Positions 13,183 through 25,525 are shown, counted from the stretch's first letter. The stretch is 64,000 nt of DNA from Basidiobolus meristosporus CBS 931.73 (GCA_002104905.1 MCFE01000081.1:116028-180027); one strand, 5' to 3'. The notes: a model not told the origin generated them from the sequence alone. Program-made: numbers and translations.

Positions 13183-15649
13183 CTATACATAGCGATTCAT
13201 ACTCTGAGCTAGTGCAGTGATGTTATCATCAACGAAAGTGCCTTGAAGATTGCTTCTTTCCGTGCGTTCCACTAGCTCGACGAAATGATGGACATAGTCA
13301 TCCGCGATGAAGATCTGCTTCAATCCGAGTATCATGTCGTGCTTGATTTGGTCCATGGTCAGCTTGTACGACGAGGCCTTCATTTTTTCAAATGCTCCTT
13401 CGATATCTTCGACTTGGTGGGCGATGTGATGAACAAACCCGTGGCCCTTCTTCTGCAGAAGTTTCCTGAAAACACTTTCTTCAGTAAGACCGCTGGTGAT
13501 CACTAGGACACGGTGGTGATCGTTGGGCACTCCCATTACATGATTCAACATGTCATGCTCTCCCTCGGGGGCAGTGCCCACGTTGAGTCGGATGGTGTTT
13601 ATGTGCTTGTAGCCCAGGATGTTGACATGGAAGTCTTTCACCTTGTCGGCGTCATCAACAATCAGCGTGTAGTGATCAATTCCAGTATGTGCAAGAGCTG
13701 GCTCGGTGGAGAGTGGGGGCAGTGGCTTCATGGAGATATCATGGAAGTTCGTGACGTCAAATGCGTCCTCGAGGATTACAAAGCCATAGCCGCGATCCTC
13801 AGCAGGAATATTCAATCCACCCACAGTCCATAGTGGGTGTGATTTGACCAAATCAAAGGAAACAAAGTTTTGCTTTAGAGTATCTGTCACCAGATCGATA
13901 TCACTGGCACTGAACGCAAGATAATCAATCCCACAATCGGTGATGGCCGATGCGGGATCCTCGGAAATAATCAAGAACGGATCCTCTTTGGTCAAGAAGC
14001 GGATCACACATTGGCGGGTAAAACGGCGATCATTGTAGCTGGCGTTGCTGCCATCAATCATCTTGATCTCACAAGCCATATTCTCTTGGTAAAATTTCAG
14101 TGGGACTGTTAGATCTTGCGTAACGATGTGGTAATGGTGGATCTTTGATATAACAAGATCTTTGCGACGTCCCTCCAACTCCCGTTGTTGACGGATGGCC
14201 TGCGCGTATTTGCTGCAGCACTCATAAGAATTCAACGTTTGGTCAACCAGGGCGGCTCTTTGGATGAATTCGGTGATGTCGTTCCGGATGTCCTCCAGGA
14301 TCACTTTGGTAACGCTCTCCTCATCGGAATACTGTCTGGTGCAAGTCAACATGAACAAGCACGAAGTTCCAGAGTTGGTGACCCATTCTGGAAGCATCTG
14401 GACTCCAGCGTCGGTCAGACAACCCAGAAGAGCTGCCTGTTCCTGTGGAGAGGTGCGTTTAGATTGTCCTTCCTCCCACTTTCCAAAGACGTTGTTGGCC
14501 CCAGCCAAGATGAACCGGCTCCTGTCGTCAGAAGAGGCAAAGGTGGTTTCCACCAAGGCGCTAGCAATCTCAGCGGTCAGACAATATCTTCCTGCACATG
14601 GGGCCCAAACGTCGGCCTGCGTGGATTTGATAAATCTGAAGCATGTCAGCAGAGATGTTTGAATCAAGAGTGGCCCTTCACATACCTCAGCAAATAGTCC
14701 TGGTCATTTTCGTTTTCATCTCTTTTGGAATAGGCCGAGGATGCCAATTGTTCAGGGGTCAGACATGCCTCCACTGATTTGATATCAAGGCCGGCCTCAT
14801 CACGCCTCGCGTGACGAACCCTGAGCAGCTCAAGAACATCTATGTTATCGTCAACGTAAATCCCATCGATGCTCATGATTCCGACCACTCTGCCAATCCC
14901 AAGCTCCTTTAAATAATAGGCAAAGGTACTGCCAACAGTCCCAAACCCTTGAATGATCACTCTGGCCTTACCGATGAGCTCTGGATTGCGCACCTTCATA
15001 AGCTCAAAGAGACTCACAGCGGCACCGTAGCCAACAGATGCTTCGCTTAGGTTGAAGAATTCATTGACATCCATGGTCAGAGGCTTGTGCAAGATATTGA
15101 TCTCATTTTCCAACCCATGAGCCTTGTAGATGCTGTACAGCGCGGTAGAGATTCCAATCTCTTCTTTGAACAAAACATCAATAACGTGATGGTCAGTGTT
15201 AAGGTCAGCACCGGTTCCCCAGTAATTCAGTAGTACGCTCTTGTTATCTCGGAAGAATCTGCGCAGCACTTCTTGAGCACGAGGATCAGTGTGGTCAAAG
15301 CGGATACCCCCCTTGGCACCACGGACAGTCGAGATACGAGAGACGCACATCTTGTTACTCATGGTGTTGGCAATATCACAAACCTCCATGAGAGTTGCTG
15401 AAGAGGACATGAAAAGGCCTCCGCCAGCTGTGCGTGGTTGACTACCATCAATTGCGATCCAGCCGATAGCATTGGTTTCGCAGTCTTTCCATTCAAAGAT
15501 GGTGAAAGGCAGACCGTTATCATAGGTGATTGACTTCACTAAAAACAGAAGACACAGTCAACTACAGGCAAGGTGCACATCCACATGAAGCCTGACTTAC
15601 CAGTAACGAATTCTGAAGGTGAAAAGCTCTGAATGGAAGGCGTAGCCAT
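13183..15649 (-). CDS. Glu/Leu/Phe/Val-family amino-acid dehydrogenase fused to an HPPD-like (two VOC domain) Fe(II) dioxygenase; 3 exons, about 780 aa
   Basis: N-terminal half: AGGGL, MSNK, RGAKGGI (catalytic Lys), IQGFGTVG (NAD-binding), GANN, PEWVTNSG. C-terminal half: KIHHYHIV, GIDHYTLIV, GFVHHIAHQVEDI, LKQIF, FVELVER. Two GT-AG introns join the ORFs in frame. Confidence 0.85.
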
Positions 15650-16673
15650 GTTGAGTAGGTAGATGATGCTGACCAAGGCAACCTTGCAGTAGCATTTATA
15701 CAAGTTGTGGCGTGGACAGGTTTGCTCCATAGTGACACAAACATGAAGTTGACAATGGTGATGGCTTTTGATGAACAGTTGAAAGGCGATTGCAAAAATA
15801 TTCACGGAAATAGCGAGCATACATTACGACACTAGATGATGGTTCGCCTCTACACAAGTACTCGACAAGGTGAACTGTGCTGGCAGAATTGACCAATCGG
15901 CATAGGCCGAAGCAGAACATCTCGACAATAAAGATCTACCTGTAACTTACCAAAAAAGCGAAGGACCGACTACCACTAGAAGGGAAAGGCCTGGGAATCA
16001 ACTCACAATGAATGGCAGCCCTTATTCACAGTGTGATAGAATTCCCTGATTTTCTTAACTCTAGAGTTGTTTGTGTAGCACAGGTATGAGTAGAGTACCG
16101 CTGAATATGTGGCACAACAATTAAAATTGCACTGGAGTCCATGTGCGTCAGGTTGGTCAAATACAGGTCATCCATGGGAAAGAACACAGATTAGAGGGGC
16201 ATACTTAGTTCCGTGTCTATGAAGCAAAGGGCTTGGCAAATCAAGGGCTGAATGGTGCGAAGAGCCAGATGAACAAACACCTGTATTCCGTAACGCATAT
16301 TGTGCTCTTCTATTCCGCAACGTATATTCGATGTAATGAGCCCTTCTATTCCAGACAAAGTTTATTATTGGGAGAAGCTGGCATTATTAATCGAGCTGAG
16401 TCAATTTTCTATTTGGATAGAATTGCTACCGGTTTTGTCAGGCTTTGCAAACCACCTAGCAGGAATTCAATGCTTTATGTGGAATGGATCCCAACGCACA
16501 TGTTGTGCATAACCTTATCCGTAGATATGGTTGATATGCTGTGTCTATGACGTAGATTTGAACTATGCCAAAAGGTTAAAACCCGTCGGTTGAATAATAA
16601 ATCCGCCCTACTGGGAATAAATAAGACCCATTGCCGTTGCCGTTTCTTCACTTCTTCCCTGAAAACTGTGAGA

Positions 16674-18172
16674 ATGTCAGCAAATCCAGATCAAGGTGAA
16701 AAGGGTATCGAGATAAGATCTGAGCCGCCAAATGGGCCCCCAGATGGGCCCCCAGATGGTGGTTATGGGTATGGTTAACCCCGCAACCGACAAATGCGCC
16801 TATTTTCTAATCTCCATTTCTTTTCGATGCAAGGTGGTTTGTGGTGGCTGGCTCATTTCTTTGCCAATGGGTGATATTTGGTTATAATTTCACCTGGGGG
16901 ATCTACGAAGATTACTACCATCGGGAGGTTTTCAAAGAGAGCGTCTCCATTTCCGTCTTGGCGCTGGTTGGCACAGTGGGAACCGCGTTGATTGTAGTAC
17001 TGGGGCCTATAAATGGGCCTCTCATAGATCGCTTTGGCTACAGGAAGCTGGCAGGACTGGGCGCCATTCTGCTTCCATTGGGAATATTCTTGGCTTCGTT
17101 TGCAACTGAGGTACTGACGCGTCTAATATTGATAGCCCAAGCGATCCACTAACCCTTGGTATGCATATAGCTTTGGCACCTCTTCCTAACTCAGGGACTA
17201 CTTTATGGGATTGGTGCGTCTTTAGTATTCTTCCCATCAGTAGGAATTATAGCCGAGTGGTTCAGCGTTAAAAGAGGACTAGCATCGGGTATTGCCGTCT
17301 CTGGCACTGGAGTGGGGGGTCTGGTCCTAGGACCTCTTACTCGTAAATTGATAGATGTGGTCAATGTTGCCTGGACTTTGAGAATCATTGCAATCCATGC
17401 TTTTGTATTCCTAGTCGTTGCAGCATTCCTACTCAAAGGACGTATCGAGAGACCCAAGCGCTCATTTAGCCTCGACTTCTCATTACTTCATGATAGGAGA
17501 TTTGTTGCCCTACTTGTCACCTCTTTCTTTGAATATTTCGCATACGTTATTCCATTTTTCCTGACTCCAGGTATGTGACCGTATTACTGAAATGCTTGCG
17601 CTTATTGCTAATCTCCCGGATAGAGTATTGCGTATACATCGGGCTTGGTTCTAGCACCGGTGGTCTTTTTGTAGGACTTATGAGCGGTGCAAATGCAGTT
17701 GGCCGTATTGTATTCGGATTTGTTGCCGATAAATTTGGGAATACGGTCACCATTACTAGCTGCACTTCTCTTGCAGGCCTATCGATTTTATTATTATGGT
17801 CATTCTCCCACGGCTATGCACTTATGTGTATTTTCGTGCTGGCTTACGGGTTTTTCGGCGGTGGCTTCGTAAGCCTATTGCCAGTGGTAACCGCACAAAT
17901 CACGGGTAGGTATCTTTCTATGACCGTGTCTGGAATAGGCGCTAACAAATCTGCCAGGTGTCCAAAAGCTCGGAAATGCATTGGGCCTGGTATTTGCTAC
18001 TACAATAGTTAGTAATCTGGTGGGAACACCAATTGCGACCGCCTTGAAGGGTACCGCCGGTAGTGGTAATATGGAGTATATTCCCCCAATACTATTCTCT
18101 GGGTTTGTCACCCTTGCTGCTGCTTGCAGTCTGCTGACTCTTCACCTGATGAAGAAACCCCAGAGTCCCTGA
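16674..18172 (+). CDS. MFS monocarboxylate transporter (MCT/Mch family), multi-exon
   Basis: PPDGGYG N-terminal motif, multiple TM segments, DRFGYR and ADKFGN loop motifs, EWFSVKRGLASGIAVSGTGVGG. Confidence 0.9.
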
Positions 18173-19279
18173 ACCCCTGCACTTTTTACGAGTTTTTCTG
18201 TACTATCAATGTCGCCAATAATAATATAATGAACAAATTATAGGTGAATAAATTCCATACTGCTATATAGGTGAATAAATTCCATACTGCTATCAATAGA
18301 GAGGAGGTCTAGACATTGCGACAGTACAATTATCTACTTTTTGTATCACTAGGTATATACGCACATGCCCGCCAAAAGAGAGGCCATATGTGATAACGGC
18401 TGTCTGATGGTTCCAAACATTGATTTAGGCAATTCTCTTATCTAGGTCGCACCTTACAAAAACATGAACACAGATCGCATGAGTGGACGAAGAAATATCC
18501 AAAGTTTTTGTGGAAGTAGAAACCAGTTGTTGATGGATGAAGGTGAGCATTTCATGTTGCATCACTGACGAGGAATGCTAACCAGAGCGGATGATTCTTC
18601 AAGTAATGGTCGCACTACAATGGCTACAAACAATCGAATCCCAGTGCGATCATCAGAAAGCATCCATAAATAGAATCCAAATTAGTGTTCTCACCAGAAA
18701 GAATTCTCTGACCTCTCCTGACAAACATCTTCACAGTTCGATAAGGATAATTGGCTCTGCTCATTGATTTTTCCTATTTAAGCTATATAGTTTGAAGCTT
18801 GAGGGTGATATGGTGGTATCTCGTTAAAAGTGTGTTTTGTAATATATTATACAATACTTCTCATAGAGCTTTGCGTGTTGTAAATGGCCATGGGGTTGGT
18901 TCCACTCTTAATTGTTGCTTATATTTTTAAGAGACCTTTGAAATAACAATGTGGAGGTGTTTTGGGGAAGATTCCAGGAAGCTGCGTGGGATGTTTTTAG
19001 GCATTTCGCCAAGCTCAACAGTTTTAGTGACTTCTGTGGCTTCTCAATTTGAACAGTTAGTCAGATCTTTCAAGCCAGGTGTTAGTCAGCAATACATATT
19101 CTTAACAAGAGAGTTGAAACATGCTTATAAACCCACTGAAAATGGCTGTGGGAGCCTTAAAGTGACTTGGAGTCTATGACAGAGAGTGTGGTTTCCACTT
19201 GATGTTTTAATGGAGAAGTATCATACATAAGCTATCAAGTGATAGCAAAAATTACTTTGATGTATCAGAATATATATTA

Positions 19280-19610
19280 TGTTGTAAAAATTCGGAATTC
19301 CACCTAAATATTGACCTAACTTAGTCACTTAGATCATTACCTTCAAATTCTAGTGAATACTGACCAAATTCATGTTAGGATTTACTTGGAATATTTACCC
19401 AGAACATGAAAATTAGATAAGTTGTCCAAACAGCCCCAAACTTTGCACACATGCTCTTGGGACCTTCTTTAACCTATTCTATGTGTCTTTTATGCCAAGA
19501 TAATGTAAAAGTATAAATACTACTTTTGCATTCAATAAATCATTATGTGAAAACCAAAAAAACTACTTGTTGTCCCAATCACTTGATGTATCACTAAAAC
19601 TCTTACAGCA
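19280..19610 (+). mobile_element. Degenerate solo LTR of the copia family
   Basis: TGTTGTAAAAATTC...CTCTTACAGCA, diverged homolog of the 19873 LTR; no matching TSD. Confidence 0.85.
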
Positions 19611-19872
19611 ATGCTCACGTTGTAGGAGCTTTAAAGTGTTGGCAGTCACTACACAAACTTGGAAAATATGTGACTTTTACTGAATAAATGATCGAATGTA
19701 ATCCAAGCTCTCACAAAGTATGCAGAAAATATACAAGATCATAAACTATAGTTTAAATGACTAGGCTAATAGTATTCAACCTGATATATTACTTCTCAAC
19801 AACTCCAGGCTGTGGTGGAAACTCATCATGAGTATAACAATAGACTTGTAGCAAGACTCTGGGGCATATTGC

Positions 19873-22800
19873 TGTTGTAAAAATTCGTATTTTCCACCTA
19901 AATATTCACCTAACTTAGTCACTTAGATCACCACCTTCAAATCCTAGAGAATACTGACCAAATTCCTTGTCGGGATTTACTTAGAATATTTACCCAGAAC
20001 ATGAAAATTCTCAAAGTTGTCCAAACAGCCCCAAACTTTGCACACATGTTCTTGGGACCTTCCTTAACCTATTCTACGTGTTTGTAATGCCAAGACCATG
20101 TAAAAGTATAAATACTACTTTTACATTCAATAAATCATTAAGTGAAAACCACATAATCTACTTGTTCTCCAAATCACTTCCAATATCTCCAAGACTCTTA
20201 CAACAGGTTATGAGCCCCAAGCTGTCACTCTCTGCAATGTCTACTACTGCTATTACTGGAATTTTTCCCTCTGCTGAAAAGTTGGATGGCTCTAACTACC
20301 AAGTGTGGAAGGTGAAGATGAAGATGCTGCTACAAGAAAGAGGCCTTTGGGATATTGTCATGGGAGAAGAATGTCCTCCTAAAAACATGGGAGAGGAAGC
20401 CTTAAAGTACCAGAAGAAAGAACAAAGTGCCTTTAACTGCATTTGCCTTAATGTCAAGGACAAATTGCTAATTCAATGCTCAAGAGCAAAAACGGCAAAG
20501 AATGCCTGGAAGGCATTAGAAGACACCTACCAGTCATGTTCAGCTGCCAAGAAAATGTATCTGAGAAGAAAATTCTTTACTACAAAGATGCTGCCAAGAG
20601 AAGAAATGAAAAATCTAATTAACAGAATTACCCTGCTGGTAGATGAGATGGAATCTGTGGGCGTACCAACTACTGATGAGGATGTGATAGTTACCATCCT
20701 GAATAGCCTGACAGACGAGTTTCAGGGCCTTGTATCAGCCCTAGAGTCCAGAACTGAAGATTTGACCTTAAATTACGTATATGGAAGGCTCCTGGATGAA
20801 GAATTAAGAAAATCAAGCGCCAATAAGAAGGAAGAAGAAAATGCTTTAATAAGCAATGATAACCAACAAAGGAGGTACCCAAGACCCTACAAAGGCAACA
20901 GCAACCTATTTTGCAACTACTGCAAAAGGAAAGGACACACATCAGACCGGTGTTTCAAAAAGAGAGATTATCAGCAAAAGAAGCCTGAATATGGAAATGC
21001 TGCAACAACTGAAGATAGACTATTCATATCTGCACTAAATATGACCACAAACAAGGATTCTCAGACGTGGTATATTGACTCCAGAGCATCTCAACACTTT
21101 ACACAACAAAAAGAACTTTTTACCCAATATCAAGAAATTCCAATTAAGAAGGTTTTCATGGGTGACAATAGAACACTTGATGCAGTGGGAGAAGGAACTA
21201 TCCAAGTAAACCTTAGAAGCAGTGAAGGAAGCCATACACTGACCTTTAAAGAAGTACTCTATGTACCAGAAATAGCCAAGAACCTACTCTCTGTAAGCAA
21301 GGCCACAGCAGAAGGACTCAGTTTCAGTTTTGACAATTCTGGATGCAGGATCACTGATCAAAATGGTGCTCATATTGCTTTGGGCATCAGAGATCAGAAC
21401 CTATACAAGTTGACTTATATTCCATCATATCTGGAAGCCAATATAAGTAACTTAAATGAAGAAACACCAATGCTTTGGCACAGGAGATTTGGACACATCA
21501 ATTTTGATTATTTGCGTAAAATGATCAAAGATCAGCTAATTTCTGGAGTGAAAATTGATCCCCCAGCTATTTTGGAGCACTGTGAAGCCTGCATATATGG
21601 GAAACAAGCCAGACAACCGTTCAAGAGCTCTGGGTTAATCAAAACTAAGAAAAAATTAGATCTAATTCACTCAGATCTGTGTGGACCTATGCAAAATTTA
21701 TCCTTAGGCGGGATGAAGTATTTAATCACTTTTATTGATGATTATACAAGATACACATGGGTCTACTTCATGGAGAGAAAGGAAGAAGCTCTGTCTAAGC
21801 TCAGGGAGTTTAAAGCCATGGTGGAGAGAGAAACTGGTGAAAAAATCAAGAAAATACGCTCTGACAATGATGGAGAATATACCTCAAAACTCTTCATCCA
21901 CTTCTGCAAAATTCATGGGATAAAGCAAGAGACTACTATACCATACTCCCCACAGCAAAATGGAGTAGCAGAACAAGCTAACAGATCAATAATTGGTATG
22001 GCAAGATCTATGATCCATGATCAAAAATTATCCTATGATTTTTGGGCGGAATCAGTTGCCACTGCTGTATATCTTAAAAATAGGAGTTATAACAGAATAC
22101 TTCGTGATTCTACTCCATTTGAAGCATGGTATGGATACAGACCAAGTGCAGAACATCTAAGAATATTTGGGTGTACAGCATATGCCAAAAAACTGGCCGG
22201 AAATCAGTCAAAATTTGAGCCAAAAAGTGTAAAATGCATATTTTTGGGCTACTGCAATGAGAGTAAGGCATACAGACTCTACAATACTGAAGCAAAGAAG
22301 CTGATCAAGTCCAGGGATGTGTTGTTTGATGAAAATTCAAAATTTTCACAAAAAATGACATCAGATGATGACGAAAATTTGATCTCAAGTCCACCAATTG
22401 TCAGGATTGAATCAGAGCAAAACAATGAAAATTTTTTCACTCCAGAGGACTCTACAACCGTGGTTCAGCCAGAATCAGTGCCCAGGAATATCCCAGAAGT
22501 GATTATTCCAGTATCAAATGCCCGGAGATCCAATCGGACAAGAAATAGCCCAAATTACTATATCAATGAGGGTACAAACTTAGCCTATGCCTATTCAGTC
22601 CATGTTGATGAACCCCAGACTGTAAAAGAGGCCCTAAATAGCCCTCAGACAAAGTTTTGGAGATCTGCAATGACTGAGGAATATCAGGCACTGATGGAAA
22701 ATCAAACTTGGGACTTAGTCAAATTACCAATCAACCAAAAATCAATTGGATGCAGATGGGTCTTCAGGACAAAATACAAGGCTGATGGTACAATTGAAAG

Positions 22801-24541
22801 ATACAAAGCAAGACTTGTAGCCAAAGGATACTCTCAAACAAAAGGACTTGACTATACTGAGACCTTTGCACCGGTAGCCAAATTTAATTCCATCAGATTA
22901 ATATTGGCTATTGCAGCCAAATATAAGTTTTTTATTCATCAAATGGATGTAAAAACTGCATTTTTGAATGGAGAACTTGATGAGGACGTGTATATGGACC
23001 AGCCTGATGGGTTTGTTGACCAAGATAACCCCCATTTGGTCTGCAAGCTTAAAAAGTCACTCTATGGTCTCAAACAATCACCGAGAGCCTGGAATTGCAA
23101 GATAGATTCTTATTTGGAATCTTTGAGTTTCAAAAGGAGTAATGCTGACTATAGTATATACTATAAGCCAGATAGAGCAAATCCAGTCCTATTAGCTCTA
23201 TATGTGGATGATCTTATTATAGCCGCCAATAACCTAGAAACATTGGAAGAGACTAAATCCAGCCTATCTAAGGAGTTCAAGATGTCCGATCTAGGAGAAC
23301 TTAGTTACTACTTAGGGATTAAGTTCTCCATAGACAGAAGTACCCAGACTATTACCCTAAGCCAATCCAAGTATATTCAAGATATACTAAAGAAGTACAA
23401 AATGGAAGACTGTAAACCGGCAGCTACCCCAATGGAGACAAACCTTAACTTGGTCAAAACTCAACCAAATCAAGAGAGCTTGGTGCCATCTGAAAGCCCT
23501 GACTTTCCTTATCAATCTATGGTCGGCAGTCTGATGTATATTGTGCTTGGAACACGTCCAGATATCTCATACTCAGTGGGAGTTGTCAGCCAACATAATC
23601 AGAATTATGGATCTGATCATATTGCAGCAGTTAAGCGGATTTTTAGATACCTAAAAGGAACTGCTGATATCTGCTTAAGATACACTTATAAGGATTCAGA
23701 ACAGGATCTTGTGGGATACTCTGATGCTGATTGGGGACAAAATTTAGAAGACAGAAGATCCACCACAGGATACACCTTTCTTTACTGTAAAGGAGCCATT
23801 TCATGGAATTCAAGAAAGCAACCAACCGTAGCACTTTCTACTACAGAGGCAGAGTATATGGCAGCCTGTGAAGCTACAAAAGAAGCAATGTGGTTAAGAA
23901 AGCTCTTTACAGATTTAGGCCTATGTCAAAAAACGCCTACTACTTTATTTCAAGATAATCAAGGATGTATACAATTAGGTAGAAATCCAACTTTTCATGC
24001 TAGAACCAAGCACATAGATATTAGACATCATTTCATACGTGAAGCTATAGAGAATAACTTAGTTAGCTTAGTTTACTGTCCTACAGATGAAATGATTGCA
24101 GACATATTTACCAAACCATTAGCTAGAGACAAGTTTGAATATCTTAGGTCAAAATTAGGACTAGTCAGTATGAACATTTAGCTGAGTGGGAGTGTTGTAA
24201 AAATTCGTATTTCCACCTAAATATTCACCTAACTTAGTCACTTAGATCACCACCTTCAAATCCTAGAGAATACTGACCAAATTCCTTGTTGGGATTTACT
24301 TAGAATATTTTCACCAAAATACCAGGTACCCAGAACATGAAAATTCTCAAAGTTGTCCAAACAGCCCCAAACTTTGCACACATGCTCTTGGGACCTTCCT
24401 TAACCTATTCTACGTGTTCGCAATGCCAAGACCATGTAAAAGTATAAATACTACTTTTACATTCAATAAATCATTAAGTGAAAACCACATAATCTACTTG
24501 TTCTCCAAATCACTTCCAATATCTCCAAGACTCTTACAACA
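19873..24541 (+). mobile_element. Full-length Ty1/copia LTR retrotransposon
   Basis: 5' LTR 19873-20205, 3' LTR 24193-24541 (TG...CA); TSD ATTGC on both sides; PBS GGTTATGAGCCC at 20206; purine tract before the 3' LTR. Confidence 0.97.
20210..24181 (+). CDS. Copia gag-pol polyprotein (gag, CCHC knuckle, protease, integrase, RT, RNase H)
   Basis: Uninterrupted ORF: KLDGSNYQVWK, CNYCKRKGHTSDRC, WYIDSRASQH, LIHSDLCGP, RLVAKGYSQ, LYVDDL, YSDADW; first plausible ATG at 20210 or 20237. Confidence 0.95.
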   Translation: MSPKLSLSAMSTTAITGIFPSAEKLDGSNYQVWKVKMKMLLQERGLWDIVMGEECPPKNMGEEALKYQKKEQSAFNCICLNVKDKLLIQCSRAKTAKNAWKALEDTYQSCSAAKKMYLRRKFFTTKMLPREEMKNLINRITLLVDEMESVGVPTTDEDVIVTILNSLTDEFQGLVSALESRTEDLTLNYVYGRLLDEELRKSSANKKEEENALISNDNQQRRYPRPYKGNSNLFCNYCKRKGHTSDRCFKKRDYQQKKPEYGNAATTEDRLFISALNMTTNKDSQTWYIDSRASQHFTQQKELFTQYQEIPIKKVFMGDNRTLDAVGEGTIQVNLRSSEGSHTLTFKEVLYVPEIAKNLLSVSKATAEGLSFSFDNSGCRITDQNGAHIALGIRDQNLYKLTYIPSYLEANISNLNEETPMLWHRRFGHINFDYLRKMIKDQLISGVKIDPPAILEHCEACIYGKQARQPFKSSGLIKTKKKLDLIHSDLCGPMQNLSLGGMKYLITFIDDYTRYTWVYFMERKEEALSKLREFKAMVERETGEKIKKIRSDNDGEYTSKLFIHFCKIHGIKQETTIPYSPQQNGVAEQANRSIIGMARSMIHDQKLSYDFWAESVATAVYLKNRSYNRILRDSTPFEAWYGYRPSAEHLRIFGCTAYAKKLAGNQSKFEPKSVKCIFLGYCNESKAYRLYNTEAKKLIKSRDVLFDENSKFSQKMTSDDDENLISSPPIVRIESEQNNENFFTPEDSTTVVQPESVPRNIPEVIIPVSNARRSNRTRNSPNYYINEGTNLAYAYSVHVDEPQTVKEALNSPQTKFWRSAMTEEYQALMENQTWDLVKLPINQKSIGCRWVFRTKYKADGTIERYKARLVAKGYSQTKGLDYTETFAPVAKFNSIRLILAIAAKYKFFIHQMDVKTAFLNGELDEDVYMDQPDGFVDQDNPHLVCKLKKSLYGLKQSPRAWNCKIDSYLESLSFKRSNADYSIYYKPDRANPVLLALYVDDLIIAANNLETLEETKSSLSKEFKMSDLGELSYYLGIKFSIDRSTQTITLSQSKYIQDILKKYKMEDCKPAATPMETNLNLVKTQPNQESLVPSESPDFPYQSMVGSLMYIVLGTRPDISYSVGVVSQHNQNYGSDHIAAVKRIFRYLKGTADICLRYTYKDSEQDLVGYSDADWGQNLEDRRSTTGYTFLYCKGAISWNSRKQPTVALSTTEAEYMAACEATKEAMWLRKLFTDLGLCQKTPTTLFQDNQGCIQLGRNPTFHARTKHIDIRHHFIREAIENNLVSLVYCPTDEMIADIFTKPLARDKFEYLRSKLGLVSMNI

Positions 24542-25079
24542 ATTGCAAGTGATATATGGAACTTGAAGAATTGCACTAAATTTACTGGCTGTTTATTAAG
24601 CTCTAGTGAGGTGTTCATATTGCTGGAGCAGCCTCACTGGAAATTTTATACAGATACCCCTATTAAAGCTCCAAAGGTTGTTGTGCCAAGGTTGAGCAAA
24701 TATGACAACTGCTATGTTTTTATTAGTTCTGAAAAATAGCTAATTTGTCACAAAATAAGTCTAAAGCAGGTGGCACATAGATTTGCAATATGCAAGATGC
24801 TTTCTTGGGGTATGTGAGCAGTACCAATGTAAGCATAATGTTTGCAGTTTCAACAGGTGTACATTCCAACAAGATTGCAAATTTGGATGCTATACTGATT
24901 GAGGAACAATTAAAGTATTTGTAGGAAGCCTTGCATTTGCACATATATATTCCATTAACTCAATCACCAAGACAATAGTTTATGAACTGTATAGTTTTCT
25001 TCCTAGTCTTCTGGTCACAGCATAGATAGAGCAATCTGGATAGAATACTATATGCCAATATCATGACAATACTTGGGGT

Positions 25080-25525
25080 TGACCAGAAGCCCCTCAAACT
25101 TTGCACATATCCTTTGAGGACCTTCCTAAGCCTATTTCACATGCTTTTATTGTTGCGAGGCACTAGTGAGTATTGAATGTGACTTTGAGAGTTAGAAGAA
25201 CAGTGTGCTATCTTTTGCTGTTTTATTGAGCTCAGGTACACAATATAGACTAGGAGGGCTCTGGGAGATTATTGATAGGAATGCATTAAAGAAGGTTTCA
25301 GGAGGTTGCATACAAAGCTTGAACTTTTTTTGCTGTGAGAGTCTCGAAGATATCGGAAGTGAATGAGAGAACACATATATTATGTGGTTTTCACTTTATG
25401 GTTGATGGAATGTAAATGCAGTATTTATACTTTTACATTGTCTTGGCAAGACAAACACATAAAATGTGATTCGGAAGGTTCCAAGAGCATGTATGCAAAG
25501 TTTGGGGCTGTTTGGTCAACTTAAC
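25080..25525. mobile_element. Degenerate copia LTR fragments (a forward piece, then a reverse piece)
   Basis: CCCCTCAAACTTTGCACA near 25088; reverse-complement LTR motifs (GTGGTTTTCACTT, CAAAGTTTGGGGCTGTTTGG) at 25330-25525. Confidence 0.7.

Noticed and set aside
13065-18295. Short direct repeats (about 25 bp twice near 13070-13145; 27 bp twice near 18240-18295)
   Set aside because: Two-copy local duplications near gene 3' ends with no further structure
19280-19610. Old LTR as the 5' LTR of a larger element including the 19873 copia
   Set aside because: Much more diverged, no PBS, no matching TSD; the 19873 element has its own TSD
20078-20209. ORF extensions and small ORFs starting in LTRs (also 37713, 44487, 49796, 50848)
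   Set aside because: Chance open frames in LTR sequence with non-ATG starts
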